Assembly: GCA_964270895.1 (NCBI GenBank)
Contig: OZ185439.1
Origin: Podarcis filfolensis
Lineage: Eukaryota
Length of the DNA stretch: 64,000 nt
Reading direction: 5' to 3' (one strand)
Below, piece after piece: positions 35,513 to 48,695 of this stretch (position 1 is its first letter; the number at the start of each line of letters is the position of its first letter). The notes under the pieces were generated by a model, which did not search any database, was not told where the DNA came from, and saw only the letters and a list, made by a program, of their open reading frames with translations. The translations under genes were made by a program, and so were the position numbers.

Positions 35513-38500
35513 GTGAGTGACCTGGCCCAGCAGGGCAGCTGATAGGGAAGCACAGCATGCCACATTGCCCTGGAGAGATTGGCATTATGTTTCATGCATG
35601 CACATATTGAGGTCATAGGGCTAGCAACTGTGTAGAGGAAGATCTCAAAAATTCCTTCTACAACAGCAAATACTAATAGGACAACAGCAGTGGGAACGTG
35701 TCCCACAGATATAATGCAGTGCCTGTTGTGCCCCAAATCATATTTCCCACCCACCCATACCTATCCTTCTCCTCCTCTTGGCTACTTGCAGTTCTCCAGT
35801 GCTTCTTATGCATACCACAAAGTCCTCCAGCATTTTTTCTCCTTTCATGGAGTGCAGCAGGTTGGTCTTTGTGTCGAGCATCCTATGTATTGGTCTGCCA
35901 GCACAGCTATTGAGAACAGGTATATTAATCTCCTCTTTCATCACTCAGACAACTGGACAAGAACCACATCAGCTGCATTGAGGAAGGGGCCTTTCGTGCT
36001 CTTCGTGGCCTGGAAGTTTTGTAAGTGTCTCTGGGAGGGCTCTGTAGAAGGTTTGTCCCATCGGGCTGGATGGAGAGCCTGCCTAGAGAAGCATGACTGT
36101 GGTAGAATCCAGCTCAGTTGATGGGAGGGTGGCCTGGAAGCATCCCGGGGCTAGGGCTAACTCTTCACAAGAAACAGTGCCCACCCCTAAATGTGGGCAA
36201 AGAGTCTGTTTTTCTCTATAGCTTTATCACTGGTATATGATCTGCTGGCTCAGGTGGCCATAGCCTTCTCCCCTTCAACACCCCACTTCATTTGTAGGCA
36301 CCAGGCCACACCAGAAGTGTTTTTAACTTAGAGTGTTATATCCTGAGATTCCAACCCATGCTGGTAACATACAGGGTCCAGGTAGCATTCCATCTCCCCA
36401 GAAGGATGGAGGTCTTTTGGTATTACACCGATTCTGTATCAGTTGCAGTGCTTCCCAGCAGAACTGAAAGTGCTATTTTCCACCTTTAGAGCCCTCATTG
36501 GTTTGGGGCTAAGTTATGAGAAGGAGAAGCGGTGCCTGTATGAACCTACCTTTGCTTTAAGGTGGATATCAGAAGCCCTACTTGTTGGCCTGCATTTGAG
36601 ATCATTTAGATTGGTGGGAACCAGGAACCAGGGCCTTCTCAGTGGTGGCCCCTACTTTATGGGATACCCTCCCTAGAGAAGTGTTGATAGGTCACTTTAG
36701 CTTCAGTATTTAATTTGTTTTGAACTGTTTTTAATGTTGAATTTTAAATTGTTTTCAAAGGGTGGGTGATAAATCAATACAACAACAACAATAGTAATAA
36801 TTAGTAATAATCGTCCTACTATATTGCTATGCAATTGTGCAAAGGATTGTAGCTTAAGAGGGTTTTAAATATCGCAGTGGTAAAATCAAAGCAAAACAAA
36901 TAACATTATACCTGGGCTGGTTTCAAAAGTGATCAAGTGACAACCCAAAGCCCAGTAGCTCCCCTTGTGCAAACCGCTGGAACCTGCTTCTGATCTTACT
37001 AATGTCAGCAGGGCCTTCCTCCCAAGCTTGAGGGGAGTGTTGGGTCAGATGACGGTAATATGCATGCAATCCCAGGGAAGCTGACCTATTAGTCAATGTA
37101 AATTTTCTTGCTAAGATGGGTCCTAAAATTCACCTGTTGATCTGTCATTCTATGATCCTCTGTTTTAGGGGTGTGTTAGAACTGGCCCTTGCTTCTCCCA
37201 TGCTGCAAATGATTTTGAAAATAAGATGTGCTGTCAATCTGAGAAGTGTCACATGCCACTCTGTGAGCGTTGTTTGTTTGTGTGTACACTGCACACACAG
37301 CCAGATGAAAGGACAAGATGTTTCTCTCCAGTGTTCACTGATGCTCTTCCTCTTCCTCCTTCCTGCAGGACTTTGAACAACAACAACATCAGCACCATCC
37401 CCATCTCCAGCTTCAACCATATGCCCAAACTGCGCACCTTGTGAGCACATGATGAAGCAGCCCAAGGGCGGAGTGGGATTGGGGGTGGGGTGGAAGACCG
37501 CAGACTGGACATTTCATAAAGCATGGTGGGCTGGGAGCTACCAGTCCATACAAGGAATGCTGGTGGCAACTTTTCACTTTTAGGTCCTGCAGATCTCCCT
37601 TTTTGGCACTGATGTTTTCATAGTAGGTAATGCCTAACCCTGTGCCCAGGATCCCAAGAACCTGGGGCCCTACGAAGATGTGGGATGCTGCCCCCCAATG
37701 GCAGAAAGAGCCACAGCTCTGTTCATGGAGTTGTTGGTTCCTTTAATGACAAGGTGCATCATGGGACAGAAAGCGGTGGCATTAATGTGGTGGGCAGGAT
37801 GCTGGGTGAGAGCAATCCAGTCCATGGAATCCAGAGTAAAAAAAAAGGTAAAGGTAAAGGACCCCTGACAGTTAAGTCCAGTCACAGATGACTCTGGGGT
37901 TGCGGTGCTCATCTTGCTTTACTGGCCGAGGGAGCCGACATTTGTCCGCATACAGTTTTTCTAGGTCATGTGGCCAGCATGACTAAGCCGCTTCTGGCAA
38001 AACCAGAGCAGTGCATGGAAACACCATTTACCTTCCCGCCGGAGCGGTACCTATTTATCTACTTGCACTTTGACGTGCTTTCGAACTGCTAGGTTGGCAG
38101 GAGCTGGGACCGAGCAATGGGATCTCTCCCCGTCACGGGGATTCGAACTGCCGACCTTCCGATTGGCAAGCCCAAGGCTCAGTTGTTTACACCACAGCGC
38201 CACCCGCGTCCCAGAATGCAGAGTACTAAGGCCCAAACCCCACAGTTTCAGATCCCTATTGGACTGGACTCTCCTTCCCAGAAAATGTCCCCACATTTTC
38301 ATTCCAGCTCAGTAAACCTAAGTCTGTTTCTCTAGAAATGGCTTTACCTACAGTATCTATGCAGGTGTCTCAAAAGGTAGCTGTGGAAAGACAGTGATTG
38401 ATATTTCTTTCCCCCCCCCAACCTTTCCTCCCCTGGGTCCCTACAGCCGCTTGCACTCCAACCAGCTCTTCTGCGATTGCCATTTGGGTTGGCTTTCCCA

Positions 38501-41500
38501 GTGGCTGCGCCAGCGTCCCACAATTGGGCTCTTCACACAGTGTGCCGGCCCTGCTGCCCTCCGTGGCCTCAATGTTGCAGAGATTCAGAAGAATGAATTC
38601 AGCTGTTCAGGTCAGTGGCATCTATGGGGTTACAGGGAGCTTTGCAGACCCCCAGAATCACCAGAGAGAGGCCCCTTCTGCGCTCAGATTCAAGGCATAT
38701 CAGCCCTGGAACCAAAGTGAAACCTGCCACAAGAGACCATTGGTCTCTCAAATGCAAGACCCTCTTACTACAACACGTTAGTTTCTCTCATGTGCAGGCC
38801 ATGGTGGTTGCATGACTGCAGCCTGGACTGCAGAAATTGCTTTTTATTCTCCAGAAATTCTTTTAAAAGCATTGTCTCCTTTTATCCTGCATTTTTCTAT
38901 TTCTGACAGTGTGAAGCTATCAAACCATTAGTGCTGGAAGCTGCCATCTTGAAAGATGCCCGCTTGCTCCCTGTGCTCTTTATGTAGTTTTCCTCCTCAG
39001 CGTTGTGAAATGGTGCACCATGCTGCCCTTTCAATCTCATGCTCATTTGTGCACTTGCCCTCCCCTGTCCATTTCTTGTCTCTGCTGATTTGAACTATCA
39101 ACCTGTGTAGCAATTCTGCATATGTATATGCCTGCATATGTATTCATCTCTACGTGTAAACCTTGTGGAGAGGGGCTGAGAGGAGGGTGTGCTAGTGGCC
39201 CAAAGGCTCTCTAGCTGCCCTGAAGAAAGTACACATTCCAAAACCCCAACAGACCACAAGCAAAGAACAGGTAGGCAGGGCTAGGGGTGCCTTGCAGTGC
39301 CGTGGGTTGCAAGCCCTATGCAAAGAGGATGCACTAAGCTTCTGCATTCTTCTCTGCAGGCCAGATGGATGCTACCAGGACCCAAATCTGCAGCTTTTCA
39401 TCAGGTTCCTGTCCCGCCATGTGCACCTGCAGCAATGGCATTGTGGACTGTCGCGGCAAGGGGCTGACAGCCATCCCTGCCAACTTGCCTGAGACCATGA
39501 CTGAGATGTGAGTGGATACTAGGAACATGGTGGGTAGGCAGGGGATGGTGGGACCTGAGCACTAGCACCCTTCCTAATCACATCTACTCTGCTTGGGTGC
39601 TCCTGTCTCCTTTGGCTAGTATTGATTCAGCTGGTATTGGAACAGATAATATATTGTTGCCTAAGGAGCACCTTAGGGCAATTCTCAACTATGACCTTAT
39701 GTCAGGGGTGGGGAACCTCTGGCCCATGGACCAGATTTGGCCTGCCAGGCCATGCCACTCAAGCCATGTAAGGACAGGGCATGTAAGGCCAGGGCATCAC
39801 TGAAAGGAGCTTTCCAAACATCCCAAAATCAGCCAGTTGCCATGTGTCTGGGAAACGAAGCACAAAGCACTTTGAGAGGCGTGTGACCAGCATTTCCCAA
39901 GCACCAAGCATGAGACTAGCAAAGCACTCTGCACAGTGCTTTCCCAAACATCTGATAATCACCTGGTTTGCTGGGCATTTGGGAAGTGCTGTTCAAAGCT
40001 TTGACAGGTGTCGATCACCTGATGTCATTATGTGTCAGGTGACTGGCATATGGGTGGCCCTACTGACTGTTGAAGTTGGCCTACAAGGGTAGGGGGAGAT
40101 AAAGATGTAGTCCACTGGTCCATAAAGCTTCACCACTTCTCCCTTATGCAGAGATGACTCTAGTTTTTGCCAGTCCCTTTTGTGGCTAAAAGCTATACCA
40201 GGACCAGAGATTTCTGCTTCCAGAGAACTGGTGGAGATGTGTCAAAGTGAACTATCCAGGAATACAGCTGTCTGCCTACTCTTGGGGACTACCTCCTGCC
40301 TGATCTCTGTGGCATCCTTGTTGGAAGAGACGACATTTCAGTTGCTCCCATGGTGCAGTCAAGCTGATTTGCTTCCTTGTGTTCTGTTTCCCGTGCAGAC
40401 GCTTAGAACTGAATGGCATCAAGTCTATCCCACCTGGAGCCTTCTCATCATATAAGAAGCTACGAAGGATGTGAGTGTCTTCAGCCAGAGTGAACAGTGC
40501 TGGGCTTGATGGACAAATAGTCTGTGCAGGCCTAAGGCAATACCTTCTGTCCAGACGTGATACAGGCAGAGGGGAAGCAGGTGTTGCATTGCAAGGCGTA
40601 CTCGAGGGAGCACAGAGCTGTATTGGCTGACGTGCACCTCCAACTCAGTCCTGCTAAGGAACAGGAGTGAAGCCTTCATTATACTCTGTAAAGAACACAA
40701 GGTGGGAGAGGCACCTTCAGAAAAGGAAGGAGCTGTGACTACATGCGTAGGAGCGTTAACTTTGTCTTTGCCTTTCAGAGACCTGAGCAACAACCAGATC
40801 TTGGAGATTGCGCCTGATGCCTTCCAAGGCCTGCGCTCACTCAACTCTCTGTGAGTAGCCTCAGTGGGAGCAAGCATGGCAGACATTAGTCTAGGTGGGG
40901 AAGTGGAATGCCACTTGCATGCAGCATGAGAATATTCTCTACCACTCTACCACTGGCTATGCGATGTGGCTTCCTGAACATGCCAGTTCCAACTCACAGC
41001 CCCCTTGGCCAACATATTGCTTGGCCTTTCTAATTCCCATTTGCTGCTGATAATGTTAGCATGTGAGTTCCACCCACCCACCACACTCCCCCACCACCCA
41101 CTGCACCAGCAAGTTAATGTGGCTCCATTCCAAAGAGCAATCTGTGTCATGGTTGTCTCTTGAAATGCAATTTTGCAGGCACAGCTCCAGATGGTGGGTG
41201 TTTGCATGAAGCAGCTCTCCATGGACCTATGGCGATTTCAACCACACCATTTCCACCCTTCTCTTTTGAAGGTTTACAATGGAACAAATGAAACTGCTGC
41301 AACCTTGCGGGGAGCCACTTGACCATAGCTGTCAACTTTTCCCTTTTCTTGCGAGGAATCCTATTAGGAATAAGGGAATTTCCCTTTAAAAAAGGGTAAC
41401 GTTGACAGCTATGCACTTGACACAGGCAGCTTGCCATGTGGAGCTGCGCCTATCTGGCTGTTTCAAGTGGCTGCATATGGCCATTTGCATATACGAACCG

Positions 41501-44500
41501 GGCCTCAGTGGGGACTTAAATCACATTTGAATCCAGATTCCCTGATGCTGGCATCATATGCCAGCTGGCACCTCACAGTCTCATTATCGTTACGTCCGCT
41601 ATGTATGAAGGGTGAGCCTGGGTTCAGTTGTTCAAGATGGCCTCTTTCCTCAAGATACATCAGGACTTAACCACCAAGAGACGCTACTAATTCAAGCACT
41701 GGTTTTGTTTCTTTTCCAGAGTCTTGTACGGGAACAAGATCACAGAGCTGCCCAAAGGGGTATTCGGGGGCTTGTATGCACTGCAACTACTGTAAGCACA
41801 AGTGAGAGGGATAGCTAGAGGGCCATTTGGACATCACTATAGCAGGGGGCAAGTGGCAGTGTGGAAACCTTGATCCAGATGGCAAAGGGGCTCCAGACCT
41901 CACATCTGGCTCCCATACAATTTCAGCATACTTCTGTACAAACCTGACAGCCCTTTATCTCTTCCCTGGAACCTGCAACTCTCCTTAACAAGCCTTTTCT
42001 TCTTCCCTGCCTTCATCTTCCACACAGCCTGCTTCACTGTCCCCTGTGTCTTTTTACTCCACAATCCCATCTAGAGTTACTGTCTTCTCCCCAGCTTTAA
42101 TCTTTGCTTCCCTCCTCATCTGCCTATATTCCTCATCTATACCAGGTGTCAGCAACCTGCGACCCGTGGGCCACAAGTGGCCCACGAGTGACCCACAAGT
42201 GGTCATTTAAATGGCCCATGAGCCGCCTGCTCGGTGAGTCCCTGTGCGCTGCACTAAACTGGAGCAGTGCGGAGTGGGGACTTGCTTCTGCGTCACCGGA
42301 AATCGCGTCTGCACAGATGCAGACACCGAAAATTGCATCTGTGCAGGCGCGATCCGGCCCATGGAGTGATCTCTGCGGGAGTGAACCGTCCCAGGCGAGG
42401 TAAATCTTGCCGATCCCTGATCTATACTATCCCTTCCTTCTGTCCACCTCAGATTCAGGGAAGGGTTGTGGATATCCTGTCTCCTCACCTGTCTTCTTTG
42501 TGGCCATTTTGTTCTCTGACCTACTATCACTTGGTCTAGGCTGTGTGAGTAACATGCTGGGTGTTAGTTGAGTGGGTGGGATCTGCAGAATCCCTTGCTG
42601 TGAGCAGTGGCCAAGAATATTTTGTGTGTGTGTGATAGCCACTACCACTACGACCACCACAATGTGCACACGCACACACTCTGATATGGTGTTTTGTGCT
42701 CCTTCACTCCAGGCTCCTGAATGCCAACAAGATCAACTGCATCCGGGCAGATGCCTTTGCTGACCTGCAGAACCTGTCGCTGCTCTCGCTGTACGACAAC
42801 AAGATCCAGACCTTGGCCAAGGGCACCTTTGCCACCTTGCGAGCCATTCAGACTCTGTGAGTGCTGGCTTCTCTGAAGATATGTCCAATGAGAACAGGGT
42901 TCTGTGGGAGGAAGGGAGGAAATGCCCTTGGAACACGGGGGTCCCACTGAGAAGGCAGGTAAGATTCTGTGGCCAAGGCAGGAGATTACCACAGGGGCAG
43001 AGCTCTAGAAAGAGAGCAGAAAGCATTGCAAGGTCATGCCTTTGCAACCATCTTCAAGACCAGCCTTCCCTAACTGGGTGTCTTCCCATAACTTGGCTGG
43101 AGCTGATGGAAGGATGGAAGTTGTTCCAACAATATCTGAAGGGCAGCAAGTTGGGGAAGACTGCCCTAGAGTGTAGAGGCTGGCCCAGGGCCATTGGCAG
43201 AGCCCAACATCCTGGCACCAAAGCTGAGGTCACAAGGAAATGGACCACTTTGCCTTTGGGGTGCCTACAAGAGCATTCAGCATTATGCCAGCTAGAAGCA
43301 GCATCTTGGTTGCTAGATTTAAGGTTGCTCTGACAGCAGCCACCAGAACAACTTTGAAATTCAAGCTGCTCTTGTTTCTTTCCTTCTACAGCCATCTGGC
43401 CCAGAACCCCTTTATTTGCGACTGCAACCTGAAGTGGCTGGCAGACTTCTTGCGTGCCAATCCTATTGAAACAAGTGGTGCTCGCTGTGCCAGCCCCCGC
43501 CGCCTCGCCAACAAGCGCATCGGACAGATCAAGAGCAAGAAATTCCGCTGCTCCCGTACGAATGATCTTCTTCTGTAGGGCTGCGTATAGATTTGGGACA
43601 GAGCAGATATTGGATGTTTCCCTAGCACTTCATTGCATACTTATCCAGGGATCCTGACATTAGCACCTCAGTGAAATCTAGGGGAAGATATTGTAGAAAC
43701 ATCCCCCCCCAACTGAAAAACTGCAGTGTTTCTGTTCTCTTATTTTAAAAATTAACTCTTACATCTTGTGCACACTTTGATGGCTGGTGGTGCATTTGTC
43801 GATTTTTCATCAGAAATACATATTAAGTTAATATGCATGATGTCATTTCTAAGCATATGTATCTGGATAGAAATATGGATTCTGTTTTCATTCACACTGC
43901 AGTATATATACTTGTTCATACATGTCTGAGGAAGTTATGAGCAGCATAGCCTTTAAGATCTTAAGTTTGCTTCATTCAGATTAACACTCTGCATATTTCT
44001 GTTCACAGCCAAAGAACAGTATTTCATTCCAGGTAAGGGAGCCAGTATGGAGATGCTAGAATTTGCACGTGAGTTGCATGTGTATGTTTGTGGTATGTTT
44101 GCACTACTGGCAGAATGAGGTTGCAGCTTTGCAGGATTGCTGTTATGATGTATTTTTAACGGCTTGCATTAGATCCAGCAGTGGTGGCATGGACTGTTTG
44201 CAGGCACTGTGTCCTTCCAGAGGCTCAGAACAAGATCAACCAGTCTCTGTCTTTCATATCTGCCTTCTCCGTTTGCTGTAGCACAGGAGTGGGGAACTTA
44301 ATAGGCCACACGTGGTCCACAGCCAATTTCAATCTGTCACGCCTCCACTGCTTCTGGCTACTTGATGGTGGTGCCACTTATTGGAGCCTTACTCTATGTG
44401 CAGAAATTTCTGGCTTAATTATGCTGGCCAGAGGATTTATATATTTTTATTTATGAGTTCTGCATTCAACTGGGATCCCTGATAAAGCAGAGCTCCCAGA

Positions 44501-45557
44501 TGCCTGGTGGCTTCTAGAGTTCTACTCACATTCAAGCAGCCATGGTAGAAGCTCCCTTCAACAGGAGAAGGTCTGGGACTGGGTGAGCAGGAATGTTGGG
44601 AGCAGAGTCAGCATGTGAGGCCTCATGCCCTCAGACAGAAGGAATCCCCTTCCACAATATGCTTATGCAACAGTCCCAAGCATTCACACACACCTCTGTG
44701 TGCACACTGTCTCATTGCTTTCTCTTGGTGGCAGGTACGGAAGATTACCAGTTGAACAGTGAATGTCACAGTGACGTAGTCTGCCCCCCCAAGTGCCGCT
44801 GCGAAGCCAACGTGGTCGAGTGTTCCAACCTGAAGCTGACAAAGATCCCAGAGCGCCTCCCTCAAGCCACAGCTGAACTGTAAGTCAGCATGCTTTGGCC
44901 ATATCTAAGAACCATACTTCCTTCCTCACTATCAAAAACCAAGTACTCTTATTTGCTTTCCATGTGGCTTTATTTATACAGTTGTAGATAGCAAATGTTG
45001 CTATTGTAGGGTTGCTGTTGTTTTAAGGACTGATCTCTGTGGCAGGGACACGGAGGCATTCTCTATGGTTTTGGGGTTTGCCCTCCCCCATCATGCATTG
45101 AGATGGAAGGACCTGCTTGCTGATTGGCTCCCCCTGCTGAGGCACACCTGACCTCCCAGACGGGGTCTGCCTGCCATCTGTGAAGCAGGATTTCATTTTA
45201 ACTCTATAGAGCCAAACAAACATAAGAAGAGCCCTGTTGGATCAGGCCAAATGTCCATTTAGTCCAGCATTCGGTTCTCACAGTGGCCTATGGGAAGCTT
45301 GCAAGCAGGATCTGACACAACAGTGCTCTTCCCACTTGTAATTCCCAGTGACTGGTATTTGGAAGAATGCTGCCTCTGACAGTGGAGGTAAAGGTTAAAA
45401 GGTTCCCTACATACTTGCTGCGAACTATGAATCTATGAAACTCACAGTTCTTTTTCTTAAGGTGATAATAGAAGTGAGGGGGAAACTCCTTGTTGTCTAA
45501 AGGTTTTTTCTCCTGATACATAATTCATACTTTGAATTACTGCAGTATGTCCAATTC

Positions 45558-45608
<51 letters not shown>

Positions 45609-48600
45609 TTTTCCCCACCCACCTGACTGGGTTGCCTCAGCCACTCATCTAAGATTCCTAACTTCTGTACCCAGTGTTCATCTTACACACTGACAAAGCT
45701 TAGAACTTCTATTTCTTGTGCGTTTTTCACTCCAGTGCCTCTCCCTTCTGTAGTGCACTGCACTGCACCCAGCATCCCATATTGTGTACTAAACGGGTAT
45801 CTGAAGCCTTTTATATAAAGCATTTATTCTCCATGCAAGCACAGTGGAATGGCCCTTGGCCCTATCCAGTACTGAGTCTTTCATTGGGCCATTTCACCTT
45901 CTATTTCTATTCTATATTAAATTCTCTGAAATATCTGTGTGTAGGAAAAGGGCACCTTGTTCATGAGGACAAGTGGCTTTCTGCTGCAGATGCTTGATTT
46001 AGAAAGCTGGTGTACATTGGCTTTCAAAGCCATATACTTACTCCTGGCAGAACAATCCATTTGCATTACGCTTTATATTCTGATATATATGCACATTTTT
46101 ATACACAGGGACTAACTCAGTACAGAGTGGAAAGAATGTGTTAAGCAATGCAAAGTTAGTTTTCAGAGATGGGCCTAGAATACACATATGTTTTATTTTA
46201 TTCACTGCTTTGCTTTCCGAGCTGTATGCTTACAACCCTTTATTTCTGTTGCAGGCGGCTGAACAACAATGAGATCACAGTGCTGGAGGCCACAGGCATC
46301 TTTAAGAAGCTCCCACACTTAAAGAAAATGTGAGTATGTGGGTTAGGGGTTCTCATAGCAGAGGAGATACTCCAAAGACCTCTTGTGCACACAAGATCTG
46401 GGGAAAAGGAGGCGGCAATATGAATAGGACTTAGAGTGCAGCAGTATTCCAACAGGAGCCAAATATTTCTAATGCAAGAGGCTGACATGTATGCCTAGAA
46501 TGTAAAGGCCAGACTAGAGATGACCTTTGTCACATTGCTTGGTGTTGCATAGTTGATTTTTAAAAGTTGAACAGCTGGCATAGGGGGGCCAGCCAGATCA
46601 GGAAAATGGTGTGGAGTGAGGGGAGCTTTGACCCAGTGCTGGAATTGTCCCCTCCTCAACTGCTGTTTACAAGGAGAATAAAGCTTCCATTGACATCAGT
46701 GGGAGCTTTCCTTTCAGTGCAAAGAGCAGGCACAGGAGGGAGAAGATTCTGATCAAGACTGCCAGGGGCTACTCAATGGGCCTTCAGAAGCACAAACAAT
46801 TTTTTTAGAGGAAGTCAAAAGTTTAAGACTAAACATACGGCATACATTCAAAGTGGGTGCAGCAGGGGCAGCTCGCAGAAGAATTAAAGATAGCAAAATA
46901 AAACCAGCGCTGTTGGAACTACTACAAATATTGTTCATTTGTCTCTGTTGGAGAGAAATGCTCCTTGTAGGCTGCGCACTGAGTTGAGAAAACTTTCTGC
47001 CTGCTCCTGTGTTCTACTATCACTTCATGTTCCTTGCTTTCCCAGAAACCTGAGCAACAACAAAGTGTCAGAGATTGAGGATGGAGCCTTTGAAGGGGCA
47101 GCTTCAGTCAGTGAGTTACACCTGACAGTTAACCAGCTGGAGTCAGTGCGCAGCGCCATGTTCCGGGGCCTCGATGGGCTGCGGACCCTGTAAGTTGGCC
47201 TAACTGGGGTTGTTGGCCTAACTGGGGTAGGGAAGATAGGAGAGAGCGGCAGCGGTGGGTTGTCAGTATGCAGGAGGAGTAGCAGGGTGGAGAATGCTGT
47301 CAGGCTCCTTTGGCTTTGGTAGTTTGTAGAACGGGCTTCTTCCCATTCTCTGTCTTCCTTCCAGGATGCTGAGGAACAACCGCATCAACTGCATCCACAA
47401 CGACAGCTTCACGGGACTGCGCAATGTGCGCCTCCTCTCGCTGTACGACAATCAGATCAGCACCATCGCACCTGGGGCTTTTGACACGTTGCAGTCGCTC
47501 TCCACGCTGTGAGTTGCGAGGCGGGGAAATTCTAACCTATTAACTAACCTCTGAACATGCTCAGTCCTCCATCCCTTGGTGAGAGCTGTCTGCAAGGTGT
47601 AGGCCACTCTGCTACCCCACCTTGATTGTAGGGAGGCTCCATAGCTCAGGAGTAGAACCCACGCTTTCTATACAGCAGGTCCCTGCTTTAATCCTTGGCC
47701 TCTCAAAAGCGCTCCTATGTAGCAGTATTGGGGAAAATCTGTCCCTAAGACCTTGGAGGGCTGCTACCAGTATTGTAGACAAAACTGAGCTAAGCAGACC
47801 AGAGGGTTTGGCTTAGAATAAATCAGCTTCCTGCAAACGTGGACTGTCTGGCCTATGTTATAGGTCTTGAAAGGGAGAAGGTGATTGAGCCCTACCTGCC
47901 TACAAGCCTTTGCTAGATTATCCTGTGTTTGCCCAGTTTATTTATCTCCCTCCTGTACCCCTCCCACCCAGGAACCTGCTGGCTAACCCCTTCAACTGCA
48001 ATTGCCGCCTGGCCTGGTTGGGCGACTGGCTTCGGAGGAGGAAGATTGTGACTGGGAACCCCCGCTGCAATAATCCGGACTTCCTACGCCAAATCCCACT
48101 GCAGGATGTGGCCTTCCCCGACTTCAGGTGTGAGGAAGGTAACTCACAGGCTCTTGGTGGGGATGAGGAGGATGGGGAGGGAGCAATTAAGCAAACTGAG
48201 GCTATGATTGTATAGCAGGTGTATCTTCCCACAGACCCACATAAGGCCCTATTTGAGTTTCCACTAGCAGACCAGTTGGGAAGGCTGTTGTGGTTGAACG
48301 AGGTTGATACTCCCATTAAGCCATAAATGTCCAACCCTTTTCCCTGTCCAGAGTTGTTGCAATATGAATTTAAACCAACAGAGGGCACAAAGGAAGTCAT
48401 TATGGAAAATGGGAGTGCCATGTATGAAGCCAGATTTTGAAAACGCTGAATGTCCATTAGCCCAGGCTGCACAGTGTGTGTAAACTGCCTCAGCCCTCAA
48501 ATCTTGCAGTAGCAGTTCACACATGGAAATGAGTTTCCTCACGCAGATCAGCTGAAGTGGGAGGAACCCAAAGGCTGCTGTAAAGGGCAAAGAAGGCTGC

Positions 48601-48652
48601 AGCCACTAATGAAATGATGTGGTCGCCCCATTCTGAAAAGTTGTGGGAGATT

Positions 48653-48695
<43 letters not shown>

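Noticed and set aside
39703-40085. Another hAT MITE starting CAGGGGTGGGGAACC
   Set aside because: The left terminus is plausible, but I could not identify a right TIR or TSD, so the boundaries are unsupported.
43556-44734. miR-218 in the introns flanking the microexon, as in SLIT2/SLIT3
   Set aside because: No TTGTGCTTGATCTAACCATGT-like sequence or matching hairpin was seen; consistent with SLIT1 not hosting it.
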